64,000 nucleotides of DNA from Emiliania huxleyi CCMP1516. Lineage: Eukaryota. Below, piece after piece: positions 24,023-34,959 of this stretch. The notes under the pieces are model-generated. The model was not told the origin of the DNA and did no database searches. It worked only from the letters and a program-made list of their open reading frames with translations. The DNA lies in NCBI RefSeq assembly GCF_000372725.1, contig NW_005201792.1, forward strand, positions 809,440 through 873,439, read 5' to 3'. A program made the position numbers and the translations under genes. Each line of letters opens with the position of its first letter. The first letter of the stretch is position 1.

Positions 24023-24469
24023 CTGCTGAGGTAGCCGCTCCTGTGCTCCCGCGGCCCTCTTGTCTCTTCTGCGGCAGGGCGGTCGAGGGGAGCGCGCGAC
24101 TTTGGCTGTGCGCACGATCTTCGGCAGAGAGGGGGTGGCTTGCCGCGCTGCCGTGTCGCGCTGCCTGCCCCTCCTCACACCCGCGCCATTTGTGTCCGCC
24201 GAGAGAGCGTCGTGTACTGACAACCGAGTGTCGGTTCTAGCAAACGACCGCGGCGCGGTGACTGAGGTGTCGTCGGTGCCGAGGCCCGGGGTGTGTGTGA
24301 CACATCTCACATGGACATGCGACGCATCTCGCCTCTTGAGCTGCTCGCCTTCCTCCAATATTTTTAGATGCGTATGCGACGCGGCACTCTCGTTCGAGAG
24401 GCCGCGGCGTCAACAATAGATGTGTGCGAATTGCGCGATGCGAGACCGATGAGCCTGCGATGAGCGACT

Positions 24470-25030
24470 TAGGGGCCCCCTAGGCTTAAAAGGGTGGGCC
24501 CTGGGGCGCCTGCGGCCTGCGCGCTGCGGCTTACGGCTTAACCGATTTTTGGCTGCCTGGGCCGCCGATTCGTCTCCTTAAAGTTAAACCATAAACGGTC
24601 TTAAAAAGACTTAAACGCTTAAACGGTGCGGGAGAGCTCCCGAGGTCGAGGTCGATGGTCCGGGAGGCTCCCGGTAGACGCCGGAGGCCGGGAAGCTGGC
24701 TACAGTCAGCTAGCACGTGCGTCCCCTATGCGAGTTGGCTCCTGCCAGTGCACCAGACTTACAGATGTGTCTTCAGAAGCGGGTTTGTGCCTAATAACGG
24801 CAGTATTGGACAATTGGAGAAAACGGCGCGGAACCCAGCGACGCATGCCGGCGAGGCCGATTTTCTTAAACGGTCTTAAAAAAGAGGGACCCCCCGTGCC
24901 TGCAATCTCTTAAATGGCAAGTAATCAGGGTTCGTGAGTGAAATTTCACCCTTTCACTTTCACATGTGAATTCATGTGAATTTCACATGAAACGTTTCGG
25001 CCGCCCCCGTTTCACTGAAAATTTCACAAG
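24470..25030. mobile_element. DNA-transposon end remnants
   Basis: Repeated TAAACGGTCTTAAAAA, and a CAGGGTTCG start followed by dense GTGAAA/TTTCAC motifs; no TSD resolved. Confidence 0.4.
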
Positions 25031-25247
25031 TTTGCATCCAAACGCGGTGAAAGCGACGAAGTATAGAGAGGAGAGAGCCCAACCGAGTAACTAGTGAGAG
25101 GAGGTGCGAGAGCAGCTTGGTTCGTGTGTCCTGCTCGGGGCTCAGGCGCTCGAGGACGTGTGTGTAGCCTCAATGTTCTTTTAATGCGCGCCCCCGCCGA
25201 AATACATACACCAACACGCGACGCGACCTCTTAAGGAGCACCGTGTC

Positions 25248-25469
25248 GTTAGGGTTAGGGTTAGGGTTAGGGTTAGGGTTGGGGTTAGGGTTAGGGTCAG
25301 AGAGTTCAAGCCGTTGTGCAGCTCCTAAGAGCGAATGGTCCGGTTTGGGCCGAAGCCAAATGGAGGAATCAGCGGTCCGTCGACACGAGCTCTCGGTGAA
25401 TACTTTGGGTTCTTCGGGTTAGGGTTAGGGTTAGGGTTAGGGGTTAGGGTAAGGGTTAGGGTTAGGGTT
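25248..25469 (+). repeat. Two interstitial (TTAGGG)n tracts (25248-25297, 25416-25469) with a ~120-bp spacer
   Basis: Direct reading. Confidence 0.92.
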
Positions 25470-25571
25470 GGTTGTCGTCGCACGCTCTCGATATCTTTCT
25501 GGCTAAGACGAGACACAGCATCAGAGGCGACCCAAGCGACACACACACCAGAGCACGGCCGGGGACGCGAG

Positions 25572-26462
25572 CTGAGGGAGGGAGGGTGTATGTAGAGGAT
25601 GTAGAGTGTAGAGCGCTGTAGAGCTGTAGAGCTGTAGAGCGCTGTAGAGCTGTAGAGCTCTACATCCGCCGCGGGACGAAGCGCCTCCGTTGTAGAGCGA
25701 TGTAGAGGCGCTCTACAACGTGAAATCTCTACAACAAACTCTACATCATAAGCGGCGAACGAGGCACGGTCGCTCTCCGACATGAGGCGCGTTGCACTTG
25801 CCAGTGCTGCCCTGGCCTTCTGTCTGCCCGCCCAATGGGTGGCAGGTGCCTCTGTGCCGCTGTGGCATGCCTCACGGCTGCGACTGGCCGGCGCCTCGGC
25901 GCGTCAGCTCGGCTCGGCGTAGCGATAGTGGCCAGCGCAACTCGCCTGGACTCAACGCTCAGCCAGGAGCTCCCGCACGCGCTGGCGCGAGTCATGGCGC
26001 AGACAACGCGTCTGAATGCTCGCCTCGCCTCGCCTCGCGCAAATGCGACCGTCCTCGCAGCCGACAGTCCACCGCCTGAAGCACAGCGACGAATGCGGCA
26101 CCGGCGACGCATGGCAGGCTGGTCATGACGCAGTTGTAGGGTGTTGAGTGTGTCGTCAGAGTGACTCTCTGTGTGTCAGGGATAGTCAGGGCCGTCCATC
26201 AGAGCTCCAGTAAGCTCGGAGACACCCCATTAGTGCGACTCGACGTCTTTCGTCTTTGAGTCACTGTGCCTTCCCGGCGGTTTGGGCGTTTAAGCTTTAA
26301 GCTGTAGAGCCTCTCTACAACAAACTCTACAGCAAAATCGCGCTCTACATCGCTCTACAACGCAGGCGCATCGTCACGTGGCGGATGTACAGCTCTACAG
26401 CGCTCTACAGCTCTACAGCTCTACAGCGCTCTACACTCTACATCCTCTACACCCTCCCTCAG
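25572..26462. mobile_element. Non-autonomous element with ~130-bp inverted arms rich in TGTAGAG, 8-bp TSD GACGCGAG
   Basis: Ends CTGAGGGAGGG / CCCTCCCTCAG; TSD at 25564-25571 and 26463-26470. Confidence 0.9.
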
Positions 26463-26933
26463 GACGCGAGCCGCCATCTTGGACTGTGCGCCGCCGCCGC
26501 CGCCCTCCCGAGGCCAGATAATAGCCCAATGTCGAAGAGTGCGCCCCGCCCTCGGTATCTGGGTGGCATACGGGACTAGAGAGAGGGGCGCACTCTTCGA
26601 AAAGCTCGTCGAAAAGCTCGTCCGGTGTACCGGAGTTGCCTAAGAGGGCGGAGAGCTCTTGCCGTCTTGCGCTTGCATCTGCCACCCACCGCGTGTTTGT
26701 TGCCGTCTCCAGCCGCGGCCAGGCGGTGGCCGCGCTCGGCAGCATTTCGGCGGGCGCCTCTCGTGCCTTGGGCGGCCCTCGCGGCCTCCAGCCTCGAGCG
26801 AAGCGTCCAGCGAGAGGTCATCGCCGGCTGGTAGGCGCTGCGGCGGCGGCTTCGGTGCTGCTCCTGCGGAGAGCTTGGGGTGGGGGAAGGGCCGACAGCG
26901 CGAGGAGGAGGTCGAACCCCGCGGCTCGGCTCG

Positions 26934-27680
26934 TCAGATCCACGCCGTGAGCGCCCACCGCGGCGCGAAGCTCGGCCGCACCTCGTGCAGCATTCTCCTC
27001 GAGTCAAAGACGACAAGCCGGCCGCCGACCGGCTCGACGTCAACGTAGTCTCGCCCCGCGAAGGCCCACCCCTCCTCCTCCTCCTCCTCCACCGCCGCCG
27101 CCGCCGCCTCCCCGCGCTCCGCCCGGCCCCGCGGCCGGTGCAGCCTCAGCCGCCCGTCGTCCGCCTCGGACCAGCCCGACTGCAGGTAGAGGATGCAGGT
27201 GTAGACCCGGTCGCACGCGCGCAGCCCGACCGGGCCCCGCTGGTGGTCCGGATCGGCGGCGTCGTTGTCGAGGTGCGGCACGTAGCCGCCGGCGGAGGGA
27301 GGGTAGCGGGCGAGCATCAGCAGGCGCGGCGTCGACGCGCTCGCAAACTGCGCCGCCGTCTCTGCGGCACACTCATCTCGTCGGCCCGACTCCACGAGCA
27401 TGCCGGGCATCCCGGCCAGCACCCGCGCCGCGTCCATGAGCCCGCTGTAGCTCGGGTCGCGGAGCATGCCGAGATCCACCGTCAGGACCTCGTCGTCCCG
27501 CCCGTCCTGGCCCAGGTTGCGCATCGCGCCGCCACTGCGGAGGGCCTCGGCCGTCTCGCGGACGGCCGCCGTCTGCTCTCGGGAAAGCACGCCATCAAAG
27601 ACGGCAAAGCCGTCGCGGGCCAACCTCTGCGTTGGCGACAAGGCGGCGAGGCTGGCGAGTAGAAGCGCGGCGCAGGGCAT
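26934..27680 (-). CDS. 2OG-Fe(II) dioxygenase, EGLN/prolyl 4-hydroxylase-like, with hydrophobic N-terminus
   Basis: MLARYP..GGYVPHLDN, YTCILYL, GRLVVFDS, LHEVRP, RWALTAWI. Confidence 0.9.
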   Translation of the reverse strand: MPCAALLLASLAALSPTQRLARDGFAVFDGVLSREQTAAVRETAEALRSGGAMRNLGQDGRDDEVLTVDLGMLRDPSYSGLMDAARVLAGMPGMLVESGRRDECAAETAAQFASASTPRLLMLARYPPSAGGYVPHLDNDAADPDHQRGPVGLRACDRVYTCILYLQSGWSEADDGRLRLHRPRGRAERGEAAAAAVEEEEEEGWAFAGRDYVDVEPVGGRLVVFDSRRMLHEVRPSFAPRWALTAWI

Positions 27681-28624
27681 GTGTGCGGAAGCTCGCAACA
27701 GCGCCAGGGGCCGCCCTCGCAGGAACGCGGAAAAAGAATTTTGCGGTCGCTCCTCCCTTGAATGAATTAATAATCACCGGGCGGCGGCGCGGCGCGGCGG
27801 CGGGCGGGGCGGAGCGGGGCGGCGAGACCATCTGCAGTTACCGGGCCTCTGGTCATTGGAGAGCGGCAATGGTCGCGCCGCCCTCGACTCAAGGGGCTGC
27901 CGTCCATCCGCCGCTGCTCAGGCCGGGGGAGGGGGGGAGACCGGCTCGAGAGCGACCCCCGCGAAAGCACGGCTGGCATCCGTGGCGTGGGGCTCGCCTT
28001 CGAAAAGTCGGGCATGGCTCTCCCCGCAACTGCCAACTCTATCGCTAACACGCGCGCACCACCGAGACTGTGGTGGGCGCGCTGCGGTCGCACGTCTACC
28101 TCCGTCATAGTGCCACGACGTGCGGCCTAGAATTAGCACACGCGCCTCTGCTTGCATACACTCATACATTGGGTTGTCATCGCCTGTGAGTGCGAGAAGG
28201 GCTAGCCGCAGGCAGCTAGCCTCTGAGGAGGGCGTCCATAGACACCTCACTAGACCCCACACACGGTCTCGTCCGTGCCTCGCCGGCCGGAGAGATTGCT
28301 GGAGGTAGAGCAAGCCCGCTCTAGCCTCGCATATCACTTCCTGTCGTCTGTTGTGTCGTTGTGCCCTTGTTTGTACTCTTGGCACCTTGGAGTGCTGGGG
28401 GGGGCGACAGGGAGGATATGGCCTTGAGTTATGTGTACGCCGACTCAGGGTGTGTGGCAGCCCGCTGGCTGTGTGTCTTGTGAGCTTGTTTGTGTCTGTG
28501 TGTCGCTCGTGCGTGTCGTCATCATCTGTCCAGCGTCCACCCATACCGCGTTGGTGTCCAGTCCGAGCCTGGCTGTTCTTCACCTTTCTACCTACCTACC
28601 TACCTACCTACCTCCCTTGAGTTG

Positions 28625-28695
28625 AAATCCCTGTGTGGTGGCGGCGTGCCGTCCTCCCATCCCTCCCTTGGGGTGTCCGTTTTATTTCTTTCTTT
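28625..28695 (+). mobile_element. Family A retroelement 3' end, 8-bp TSD TTGAGTTG, inserted into an older tail
   Basis: TSD at 28617-28624 and 28696-28703. Confidence 0.82.
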
Positions 28696-29035
28696 TTGAG
28701 TTGTCTGTTTTCTTTATTTATTTTTACTGGGCACCTGTGTGGTGGCGGCGTGCCGTCCTGGCGAGTAGAGACTACACACTTTTTTACAGCCTTTTGTGAC
28801 AAGAAAAACCTCCTTGGCGCTTTGGCCTTTGGCTTTGCGCTGGGCTCTACACACTACAGGGCTCAAGGGGGGGATCCGTCTGGAAAAAGGATGCTTTTCG
28901 CTGCACATGCTGAAGCCGCCAGGCAAAAGCTTGTGCTGTGAATAGCAGGCGTGGTCCTTTATTCGCCAGCGCAACGGGGTTCGGGCATGTGCATGCCAAA
29001 CGGAAAAAGAAATCGGAGGCGAGTTTTCTTGTTCC

Positions 29036-30580
29036 CTAGAGCGCCTTTGGCGAAGCGGCTCCTGACTGCACGTCTGTGCTCGACACCCTCACCCCCGCCA
29101 TGCAGGCCGCCGCGCTGTCGGCTGCGCCGCAAGCGGCCGAGACGACGTCGGGCAGCAGCCCCACGCCGTGGATGTCGCGGCCAGCCGGCGTCACGTACCG
29201 CGCCTTGGTGACCGACACGCCACTCCCGCCCACCAGCCGCTGCACGTTTTGGATGCGCCCCTTGCCAAACGTGCGGCCCGGCCCCACCAGCGTCGCGCGC
29301 CGGTTGTCCTGCAGCGCGGCGGCCATGACCTCGGAGGCGCTGGCGGTGCGGCCGTCGACGAGCAGGTAGAGAGGCAGCCGCGTCTCCGAGCCGACGCCCT
29401 CCGAGAAGAAGACCTCAGCCACTCCGTCGCGCCGCACCTCGGAGACCACCTTTGCGTTGGGCGGCAGGAAGAGCCGCGCCGCCTCGACGCCCGCAGGCAG
29501 GTACCCGCCCGCGTTGCCGCGCAGGTCGATCACCAGCGCCTCTGCGCCGGGCGACACGTCGCGCACCGCCCGCACCAGTTGCGCGGCCGTCTCCTGCGTG
29601 AAGGCCGAGATGCGAACCAGCCCCGCCCGCTTGCCGCCCGCCAGCAGGAGGGAGCCCTTCTCCACCGCGTTGGCGCTCACCCGCGCACGCTCGAGAGGCA
29701 GCTCCGCCACGCCGCCGCCGCCGCTCGCGCCGCCGCCCGGGTGCCGCACCGCAAGCCGCACCTCGCTGCCCGCCTCGCCGCGGATCAGGGCGGCGCACAC
29801 CTCGGCGGTGGCGCCCTCCACGCTCTCGCCGTCCACGCGCAGCAGCTCGTCGCCGGGCAGCACGCCGCCGAGCGCCGCCGGGCCGCCCGCCACCGCCTGC
29901 AGCACCACCACGGTGCCGGTCTGCGGGTCGAGCTGCAGCTGCACCCCGATCCCCGCGCCGTCGCCGCGCGCGTAGTTGCTCACGAGCGCGTCGTACTGTT
30001 CCGGGTCGAGGAAGCGCGTGTACGGGTCGCCGAGCGCGCGGAGCATCTCTCGAATCGCGTCGTACGCCTCGCCCATGCCGCCCTGCTTGCCCGCGAGGCC
30101 CCGCAGCGCCTCGCTCTGCTTGGCCTTCCAGCCATCCGCGCCGAGCCCGTTGAAGCTGCCGTCCACGTACTGCTTGCTCACCTCGCGCCACACATCCTGC
30201 ACCAGCGCCTGCTCCTCGCTCAGCGCCAGCGCGGCGCTCCGCTCGACCCGAAGCGCGGGCAGCGCCGCTCGTGCGCCGGGCGAAAGCACGGCGGGCCCGA
30301 CGGTGATGGATGAGGCAGCCAGCGCGGCGGCCAGCACGGCGGTCGCGACCGCGCGCTTCCAGTCCTTGCCGCCAAACTGCTGCGCCCTCTGCGGCACCTG
30401 GTCAGCTGGAATGCTAAACCGTGTGAACGCCTCCCCCCCCGGTCCCGAAGGCTGGAATGCGGCGAGCGGCGAGCACGGCGAAGCAGCGCCAGCTAGATAA
30501 GTGGATTGCTGCAAAGCGCCTGTGCAGAGCGAGATGCCCGCCGCAGGGGGCTGAGAGGAGATAGGCGGCCGCATGTACAT
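29036..30580 (-). CDS. ctpA: C-terminal processing peptidase (S41A, CtpA-like) with probable plastid/thylakoid targeting leader
   Basis: LGDPYTRFL, PDZ GIGVQL...GVLPGD, DLRGNAGG, TASASE, TFGKG.IQ, ARYVTPAG.DI...G..PD. Confidence 0.92.
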   Translation of the reverse strand: MYMRPPISSQPPAAGISLCTGALQQSTYLAGAASPCSPLAAFQPSGPGGEAFTRFSIPADQVPQRAQQFGGKDWKRAVATAVLAAALAASSITVGPAVLSPGARAALPALRVERSAALALSEEQALVQDVWREVSKQYVDGSFNGLGADGWKAKQSEALRGLAGKQGGMGEAYDAIREMLRALGDPYTRFLDPEQYDALVSNYARGDGAGIGVQLQLDPQTGTVVVLQAVAGGPAALGGVLPGDELLRVDGESVEGATAEVCAALIRGEAGSEVRLAVRHPGGGASGGGGVAELPLERARVSANAVEKGSLLLAGGKRAGLVRISAFTQETAAQLVRAVRDVSPGAEALVIDLRGNAGGYLPAGVEAARLFLPPNAKVVSEVRRDGVAEVFFSEGVGSETRLPLYLLVDGRTASASEVMAAALQDNRRATLVGPGRTFGKGRIQNVQRLVGGSGVSVTKARYVTPAGRDIHGVGLLPDVVSAACGAADSAAACMAGVRVSSTDVQSGAASPKAL

Positions 30581-30749
30581 GTGTGCACACACAAAGCCCG
30601 GGCGGGGGAAACCTGGTTGGGTGTGAAATACACATTATTATGAGATTCGATCGACGATTCGAGTTGAGACACGTTTGAGACACGGAAATTTTTCCGTAAA
30701 CGCAGACCCCGGGCCCCGAAATCGCACAGTGATGCCTTTTACAAGCAAA

Positions 30750-31138
30750 CCCGGTCCTGGGCGTGAGGTTAATGACCGCACTCCAAGTGCTCCAAGTGCT
30801 CCAAACTCCCTCGCACGATGGCGGCGTGCCGTCCACGCCACAGAGATCGCTTGAATGCCGGCATTCAAGCGCGACAGTGCTAGCCGCCTCCGCGATGCTG
30901 AGCGGTGCATGAAATCTCTCTCTCTCTCTCTGCATGAAGGGCGGCGAGCCGCTGACGATGCGCGAGGCGTCCTTCATCAGCTCGCTGATGAGACACGCGG
31001 CCACCGTCCGGTTCACCATGCCGACTGGTTGCGTTGAGGGGTTGAGGGTTGAGGCCCCCCCTCAACCATCTGGTTGACGGTTGAGACCCCCCTTGGAGCA
31101 CTTGGAGTGCGGTCATTAACCTCACGTCCAGGACCGGG
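30750..31138. mobile_element. MITE with 47-bp near-perfect TIRs
   Basis: CCCGGTCCTGG[G/A]CGTGAGGTTAATGACCGCACTCCAAGTGCTCCAAG at both ends, inverted, 1 mismatch. Confidence 0.88.
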
Positions 31139-31215
31139 GAGCTAAGAAGCGCACCCAGTTGGCCGGACGCTCGGTATCGGGTTACGGGCTAGAGAGCCCT
31201 AGCCCCGGGGGTGCG
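31134..31215 (+). repeat. Dispersed ~80-bp repeat (second copy 40817-41012, interrupted by a MITE)
   Basis: CCGGGGAGCTAAGAAGCGCACCCAG...TCGGTATCGGG.TACGGGC.AGAGAGCCCT shared by both copies. Confidence 0.8.
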
Positions 31216-31238
31216 CGGTCGCAGGGCCATAACACGGG

Positions 31239-31384
31239 TCTCCGAGGGTTGGCCCCGCGTACCGGGTTTCCCCTTAACTGCAGGACGCCCCCTCTACTCG
31301 GAGCTAAAGAATACTCTCCGAGGGTTGGCTCCGTGTACCAGGTTTCCCCTTAACTGCAGAACGCCGCCCCTCTACTCGGAGCTA
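31239..31384 (+). repeat. Two-copy ~76-bp direct repeat
   Basis: TCTCCGAGGGTTGGC...TTTCCCCTTAACTGCAG...CTCTACTCGGAGCTA occurs twice. Confidence 0.85.
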
Positions 31385-33031
31385 GTGATACGAGAATACG
31401 TACCGCCCCGACGCAGTACTACGCGACGATAACACGAGCATACAAGAATACGCAGCTGCGAGACGCCTATAAAGAAACAGCGAGGTAAATTTCGGCGGCT
31501 ATGATAAACCGAAACTTGTCGTAAAACGCGGGCGAAAGCAAAGCAGAGGGCGGGCGCTTTTGACGCAGCGATGCCCGCAGCCTGTCGAGCAGCTTCCGCG
31601 GCGCATGGGCGCCGCGGGGTTGAACGACAGCCGCGCCTCTCGAGCCACCCGTGCCACGCGCGGCGACGCGCACCCTGCGCGCCAGTCGGCGCACTGGCAG
31701 TACTGCACCAGCCAGCACGGCATGGAGCAATGCATCCAGGGCATTGTGTTGGGCGCCAGCCAGCATGCCTCAGCACAGAGCGAGAGCGCATGCTGCGCAC
31801 CCTGGCGCAGCACCAGCTCGCCTCCAATCAGGCACTCTCACCACTGCACAGCCGCCCACGAGCGCCCGCAGCTGCACTGCTCAACGCTCAAGCTCAGGAG
31901 CCTCCCCTTGTTGTCGCAGCTTTGTGCAGTGCAGCGTGCGAGCAGCGCAGCGCCAGGCAGACCCGTGGCACGCCCGGGCGGCTGTGGGACGGAGGCCCGC
32001 CGAGCGAGTGCGAGCCGCATCGGCGGCCATGTCTCCCGCAGCCGCGAGCGAGCGGTGCAAAGAGGCAGCGTCGCGCATGCTTTTCCGTAACGGCTGGAAA
32101 AGCCCCCGTCAACCCTTTAGTTGAGGGTTGAGGCCTCCGGGGCCTATTCACAGGCTCGCGCGTGATCACAAGATAAACTGGAACAGCCCTGCCGCCAAAA
32201 AATCGCTTCGCCTGCGGCGCGCTCTTGCTCCTCTACCTCGAGCGCAATCCATAAGTAGGAGACGCTCACTGTCGCCATTCAGGCGCCTGATCTTTCAGCA
32301 AAGCGATGGCCTACCTGGTACAAGATCAGATGCGCCCCCGGCAGGAAGACGCGTGTGATGCCGCATGCAGAGGTCGAATGCGCACAGAGAACGGACGGCA
32401 AGAGAAGGCAAGGGAAGGAAGAGAAACGGCTGGTGAAGCTCAGCTCACGGCGTAGTATTGCGGTCACTAACCATCCACGGCAAGAGTCACGGTGAATGCT
32501 GCCGCATAAAAGCAACAGAGTCGCGGTTGGCGCGATGGTCTTGTCGCGGTTAACGACTTAACGTTGCACACGGCCATAGACGCAGGATCTGTTTGGCGAG
32601 CCTCAAGCAGCGAAAGCAGGCGCGAGAAATAATGTCAATCCTGAGATCTCAATTTTGGCGCTAGTTTTGTTTCCTGGTACATCACGACGACTTGGGTCTC
32701 ATGTAGCTCGACGGCTCTTCGACGGCTCTTTCTGGTTGGATCAGACAGTGCTATCAGTCAACAACACAATGCCGAGAGCAGGGCGGCCTTCGAGCAGGGC
32801 GGCCTTCGAGGCAACTAAGTTCCTGCTGCATTTTGCCACTCAACGTACAACTTGATGGCGGGCGGACGTGTCGAGCATGGATCGAGAGCATGGAAGGCGG
32901 CCATTGCTCAAACCTGTTCGAGTTGGCCTCCGGGAACAAGGGTGCGTGGCCGGCGCGGTCTGTTTCACGTGCAATAAGGGCAACGCCATCAAAATCGCGC
33001 GAACATGGGCCGACATGCCTCCGACATTTCT

Positions 33032-33831
33032 CAGGGCTCGGACGGAAGCTCTGCAGACAGCCTGGGGTGTCGGCGGGCCCCCGGGGGCGACGGGGGTGCT
33101 CTTGGGGGGGGTCCCCCCAGTCAAGGGGGTCTGGGGCGCAGCCCCAGGTAGCCCGCCGCAGGCGCCGATTTTTTGGGGCTTTTTTGACTGATTTTCATGA
33201 GGTGTTGCTACTATTTTGGGACCAGTTGAAGCCTAAAAATGGCTACAAATACAGTCACAGCAGCTGCTCGTCATGAGCTGCTACTGTGTGGCAGAGCCCA
33301 GAGAGAGGGCTTTCAGGAGCACTATTCAGTTTGATCCAGCTCAACGTTGCGGAGTAGTAAGATTGTTCCGTTGCGTGAGCGGCCGGCGGCCGGCGGCGGC
33401 CGGTGCGGCACGCGGAGCACTCCGTGAGCGGTGACGGGTGCGGACGAGCGAATGAGAGGTCCCTTTCAGTAAGAGATAGGCAGTCCTAGTCCCTAACAAC
33501 ACATCTTCCACAGATAGCAACCTCTCATTCGCTCGTCCGCGCCCGTCACTGCTAGTCGGGGCACTCCCGGCGTACGGCCCGGTCCCGGTCGTCACTCCGG
33601 TTGCTCGTGTTCACACCGTCAGAACTCAGCTCCGCTAAGGATCCAGCGTCTGAGACTTGGGCATCTTACACAACTTTTGTAGTAGAGCACAATGGCACCC
33701 TTGCATCAAGTGCATCACTTCGTTAAAGGACCGTAAAGGAGGTCCCCGTTTTCGGCCGCCGCGGCCGGAGAGCACCCCCGTCGCCCCCGGGGGCCCGTCG
33801 ACACCCCAGGGCAGACAGCCAGACCGCTCTG
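33032..33831. mobile_element. Degenerate TIR element
   Basis: ~40-bp inverted pair CCTGGGGTGTCG.CGGGCCCCCGGGGGCGACGGGGGTGCTC at 33061-33100 and 33769-33810; no TSD found. Confidence 0.55.
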
Positions 33832-34229
33832 CGCGCACATTAGTGTGCGGTCGGACCGACTTTTTCAGACTTTACTATCCTGGATACTGAGGGTATGTGC
33901 TGCTAGATCTCACTGAGCTGAGCTCGTATCTGCCTTTGGTAAGCAGTTTTGAGTTCGGTAATGTCTCCGGAGACGGAGGGCCGCGTCCGCGGACGACCAT
34001 GACGTCGCTCGTCGGCCGGGACCCCCCCCGCGCGGGGGCCTTCGATGGCTGTCAGCGCTCCTCCGGGCTTGCATCACACCTCCATTCACGCACGTAGCTG
34101 AAGCAAGTACTCGTAAAAACGGCGCGTCAAATGCAGCATCCAGGCGTCTAAAGAAGACGACATGAATGGTTCACAGAGAATGTGTTCAGACCTTTGCACG
34201 GGTGTGTGTGTGTGGACAGCCATTCCGCG

Positions 34230-34332
34230 TGGTTGAGGGGTTGAAGGGGTCTGTCAACCACTTGGTTGAGGGTTGAGGCCTCTGTCAACCACGTGGTTGA
34301 CAGTTGAGGCAATCGGCCTCAACCACCGCTCT
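34230..34332. repeat. GGTTGAG/TCAACC motif cluster (also near 31028-31086 and 32108-32134), probable transposon subterminal repeats
   Basis: Direct reading; the cluster ends in ...CCGCTCTG like the 33831 terminus. Confidence 0.55.
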
Positions 34333-34959
34333 GGGCAGAAAAAGAAACTTTACACCGCAAGTGCCTCGCCGAGAATTTTAGAAAGGCATCAAACGATGCT
34401 AGTGGGGTGCTCCCGAGGAAACACCTTTTTCTCATCAGTCACACAATATGAACACAATAACAACCTGCGTGTGGTGCGCTACTAGCCGTCTTCCAGTCTT
34501 CCACACATCGCGTCGGGATCATGGGGATAAATTACGGACGTCCATCCACTGGGATGAGAGTACTGGAGAGATGAGGTGGAATCTGCTGATTCAACAGCCG
34601 CCCAAAGGAGCGCCGCCTCAACACCGGGTCTCGGCTCTATCGAGCTATGCTAGCTCCAGCCGCAGCCCCACCCGGCCGCCCGAGGGTGTTCCCGCAGGCA
34701 GAGAAGACTACTTTAATCCTGGGGGAAGAGCAACCGCGCTCGCTCGTCGACGTCGCTCGTGCTGTGCTCAGCCTGGGCGGATATCCCTCTCGGCGCTGTG
34801 GGTGTGTGGCCTGAGCTGTGGCTGTGCCGTATTTCTCCACCGCCGGACCCGCAACTCCTGGTCTCCGTATTCTTTCTCTTAGCGACGGACATCGTAGATC
34901 GTACCGTTGCGCTACCGTGCAGTACTCGCGACATTGATCATCTAGTTGATCATTCGGTG

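Noticed and set aside
25248..25469. True chromosome end
   Set aside because: The tracts are short and genes continue on both sides
31440..33000. Transposase or other coding remnant
   Set aside because: No recognisable motif in any frame by eye
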